Below the pieces are notes generated by a model, which had not been told where the DNA came from, made no database searches, and was given only the letters and a program-made list of their open reading frames with translations. From Lingula anatina (Eukaryota > Animalia > Brachiopoda), in contig CM120640.1 of NCBI GenBank assembly GCA_051362555.1, positions 33,437,967-33,501,966 on the forward strand: a stretch of DNA of 64,000 nucleotides. Reading direction: 5' to 3'. Both the position numbers and the translations under genes were made by a program. The number at the start of each line of letters is the position of its first letter. Position 1 is the first letter of the stretch. Positions 60,701 to 64,000 of this stretch are shown one piece after another.

Positions 60701-63700
60701 TGCTTTTCTTTCTGTAAAACACAAATGGTGACACAGTTACGGCAAGCAGGCGTGACAGGGGTCATAAGTAGCAGAGTAATAACACGAAAAGCCCATTGCT
60801 TTATCTGGCATCCCATCAGGTATACCAGCCTTGCTTTTAGCCTCAAATCAATGGCCACTGGCCAAGTCAACCAATTGTAACCAAGCACTGCCCTTATGAA
60901 TAATATACTGATGAATTCCATATCAAGGTCATAATCAATACTGTATACCTGTTGTTTAATAACAGTCAGCTCAGAGCTACCTCAAAGCCACCAGGTATAT
61001 GCTGGAGATTTCCAAAGAGAACAACCTCTTAAAGATCAGATAGACATGCCTTAAAACCATCCAAGTAAAGACTGTAACATAACCGCCCCCTGTCAAGACT
61101 AAATGGTGTCAGTAGAGGGCATAGCTTGGGTGGGAACACCACCTTGGTTACAAGAAAAACTCCTCACAATAAGCTGTCACTTCTGATTTATCTGCAGACC
61201 AATGTAAATGTCATAGCAATAATACAATACACAACATAATCATGTAGGAGAAATCCATCCAGATTTTCTTTCAAAAATTAAATCTGGCTTTTTATTATTA
61301 AAGAGGAGGGAGAGAGTTTTCACAGTATCAGCCAGGCTAATATTTTAATGCCTTTAGGAGCCTACTAGTACTAAACCCTCCAGCTTGTTAAACAATGATA
61401 TCTATTAGCATAGGACCGACATCACATTTTTCATCACACCCTATACATCATTAATGACATTCAGCCAACTGTTTCAGTCTTTACATCAATTAAATCCATC
61501 TTCTATAACTAGGAAATACAACCTTTACCCTATTTATAACTGACAACAAGCTGAACAGTACATAATACATTTCTATGGCAGTTATTCCTGTGTGAAAACA
61601 TCCCAGAAGAGGTGGCCCCTTAATTTACATTAGCCCACCTTTCCCTAGAGATAGGAATGCCAATAACTCCTCATTAAATCTGCATACCTGGAGAAACCAG
61701 CCATCCTGTGCTAACTCACCTGTTTAGGGCTCCCCACCTGTCATCCACCACTAACAGAAACTGAGACTACTCCACAGAGGAAACCTAATGCTTGGCCCCA
61801 AACAACAAGTCCTTATGAAAACCTAATACCAGCTTAAATGAATTCCATACTGCCCTTGGATTAAAAAGAAATATTGTATCGCCTTAAGCACTAAAAATGA
61901 CAATTTTCTGACATTCCTTATTGATCCCCTTGGCCTGCTTAAAGTGGTTACCCAAGGACACAATTATAATAACGTAGATGTAGAACGGAACATTATTGAT
62001 GTGCTTTTCTAACAGCAAATCAATAACAGTTTGTAAACAGTCATAACTTATCACGTGGCAGCACTTATACAATGGAGGATCAACATGCTTGCTGCATGTT
62101 TCTTTTTTTTTTAAATCGTTGCCTGTCCAAGCACTGAAATAGATCACCCTTAGGCCCTTGGTGTATAATATAGGACAGGCTTAGCTGGAAGACAAATGTC
62201 CCATATATGTATCACACAAGATACACCTCGTGAATATAAATGGACTCTACTAGCATTTCACTAGGTAAACATCATTGCCTGGGTTCACTTACCTTGATCG
62301 CCACACAAATTCCAGGTGATATTACTGTGATATAGAATTATATGAATTAACCATGGTGGTTGTATTATAGATTGAGGCAGTATTTGTTTTGATGTATCAA
62401 AACATGCAAAGAGTTTCTACAGATTTTCTGACAAGATACTTCAATATTTCACTGTCTTTAAGATATATAAGAAAGTAACTATCCCATTTTGTGCTAAAAC
62501 ATAATTTCCTTTCATACTAACAAGGGCAGTAAGACAGATCCTCCTTTGTCTATATGTATCATTACTTTTTATCTGATCTTAGACACTTCTGAACATGTCA
62601 ATTTAGATCTACATAATACAGATATGATATTTCTTCCTATCATAACAAGATTTTCACCTATACCTCACCTGCATATTAAAACGTCCTAGGGTCACTGTAG
62701 AAGAAATGTATCCTATTCCAGCCAAATAACTCGTTTTTCCCCAATCTTATAAGAATTCAACAGAAACCAATCCGATCTTCTCATTAGATAAAATAATATT
62801 CTTCTCAGCTAAATTAGATTTTCTACAGCATCTAGTGCAAACTTGGCATGCTAGCCAAGGCCTAGACGTATGCACCATGACATTTCAGATGCAATGTTGA
62901 AATCGAGCCAATAAACTCCTGCAATAGCAAGTAGACTAAGAACTATGTAATTCCAACTAATCCCTCTTCAAAGGCTTTGATTAGTGAGGTAACCATTTTT
63001 CTTGCCTGGCTGGGTAAAGAATAACAGACGTGTGCTCAAGTTCTTATCAGGGCCTTTCCTTTTGATGGGAGACCAAGCACAAGATGTGGTATTATAATAT
63101 AACGTTTCCACCGATAAACTGTGTACACAACATTTAAAAGGTGATACAATTGTCTCCATCTCCAGCTATAAAAAATGATGAAAACCTAGAGCACACCTCC
63201 TCATTGTCCAATTAATTTAGTACCACAGCAAAATTTTGGGAAGTATCACTTGAATTTGATCAGGAAACACATTTCAGAGCTCATTTTATGATGCTATGTC
63301 AACATTTGGAAATAGATTACAGAGATAGATGTTGCAAATATATTCTGCCTCTACAATAATCAATCCTACTTACTTTGGAGTTTTCTTCTGCTCCTTGTTC
63401 ACCTCTGGTTCAACATTGTCCTGACCATTGTTGTCCTTCAAATCTGTAGTATAACTTCCATTCATATTTACGCTGTTGTCCACCTGCAAGGACTTTGGTG
63501 GCGAGTTTGCCAACTGAGTCTTCGTCTCAAAAGGGTTGACGTTCTCATCAAACCCCATATTGTTTGGAGGTGACTGAGCTACTTTAGTCTTGGTTTTAAA
63601 AGGATCAATGTTGTCATCGAAGTTTTCACTCCTGGGTGGTGACTGCGCCACTTTAGACTTGGTTTGAAAAGGGTCGATATTTTCATCAAAATGTTCCTCT

Positions 63701-64000
63701 TTTGGAGGGGAGTTTGCCATTTTGGACTTCGTTTTGAATGGGTCAATGTTTTCATCAAAGTCATCATGTTTGGGTGGTGACATTGCTACCTTTGATTTGG
63801 TTTGGAAAGGGTCAATATCTTCACCAAAGTCTCCTGTTTTAGGTGGGGATTGTGCCATATTGGACTTTGTTTTGAAAGGGTCCACATTTTCATCAAAGTC
63901 ATCATGCTTGGGCGGTGACATTGCAACCTTTGATTTGGTCTGGAAAGGATTGATATTTTCGTCAAAATCTCCACCTTTGGGTGGAGACATTTTCATTTTC
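50218..64000 (-). CDS. TACC: Transforming acidic coiled-coil (TACC) family protein, 5' partial
   Basis: C-terminal TACC domain exons: 50286-50218 ([17 protein letters not shown]), 50703-50583, 51172-51066 (NEQVLKKC), about 51628-51480 ([18 protein letters not shown]), about 52526-52482 and about 52951-52752 (VLKYSQ). Upstream exons: about 53217-53121, 54177-53956, 55339-55163, 55642-55599, 56416-56341 ([17 protein letters not shown]), 57785-57730, 59812-59530, 60711-60645 and 64000-63374. Confidence 0.92.
51818..52371. mobile_element. MITE / non-autonomous PIF-Harbinger-like DNA transposon in a TACC intron
   Basis: Terminal inverted repeats TACCCCGTTCACACTAC / GTAGTGTGAATGGGGTA, flanked by TCA and TAA (TNA-type). 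Internal copies of AGTGTGAACGCA lie at about 51888 and 52284. CpG-richer than the flanks. Confidence 0.8.
54659..55059. mobile_element. Possible non-autonomous DNA transposon in a TACC intron
   Basis: CAGTCTG...CACACTG ends flanked by a direct AACAAC repeat, with repeated internal ACCAGTAGATTT motifs. Confidence 0.4.
63493..64000 (-). repeat. Coding tandem repeat of 69 bp / 23 aa ([20 protein letters not shown]), at least 7 copies, TACC SDP-like
   Basis: Visible in ORF 63370-63996; the array runs off the end of the window. Confidence 0.95.

Overview
AT-rich, intron-rich animal genomic DNA, probably a mollusc or other lophotrochozoan (inferred from gene content and repeat types). No prokaryotic systems, CRISPR arrays or rRNA/tRNA were seen. 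Eight spliced genes can be rebuilt from GT/GC-AG boundaries: PLEKHA1/TAPP-like (-), two tandem zinc-dependent MDR alcohol dehydrogenases (+), RBM43-like (+), SAXO1/FAM154-like (+), type II PI 4-kinase (-), TCERG1 (+) and a TACC-family gene (-, 5' end outside the window). Two Helentron/HINE-like elements and several MITE-like insertions lie between or within them. Main leads: (1) The single PI4K2 gene has two homologous alternative first exons and two duplicated, mutually exclusive activation-loop exons whose signatures (HPDSW vs FPFKHPDEW) appear to mirror vertebrate PI4K2A vs PI4K2B. (2) The ADH pair resembles a bacterial phosphonate-catabolism-associated ADH clade, and copy 2 has duplicated first exons and a PTS1-like C-terminal extension. 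(3) An identical IRF/ETS-type 13-mer precedes both the RBM43-like gene and the internal PI4K2 first exon. All homologies are recalled from memory of the families; no searches were run.
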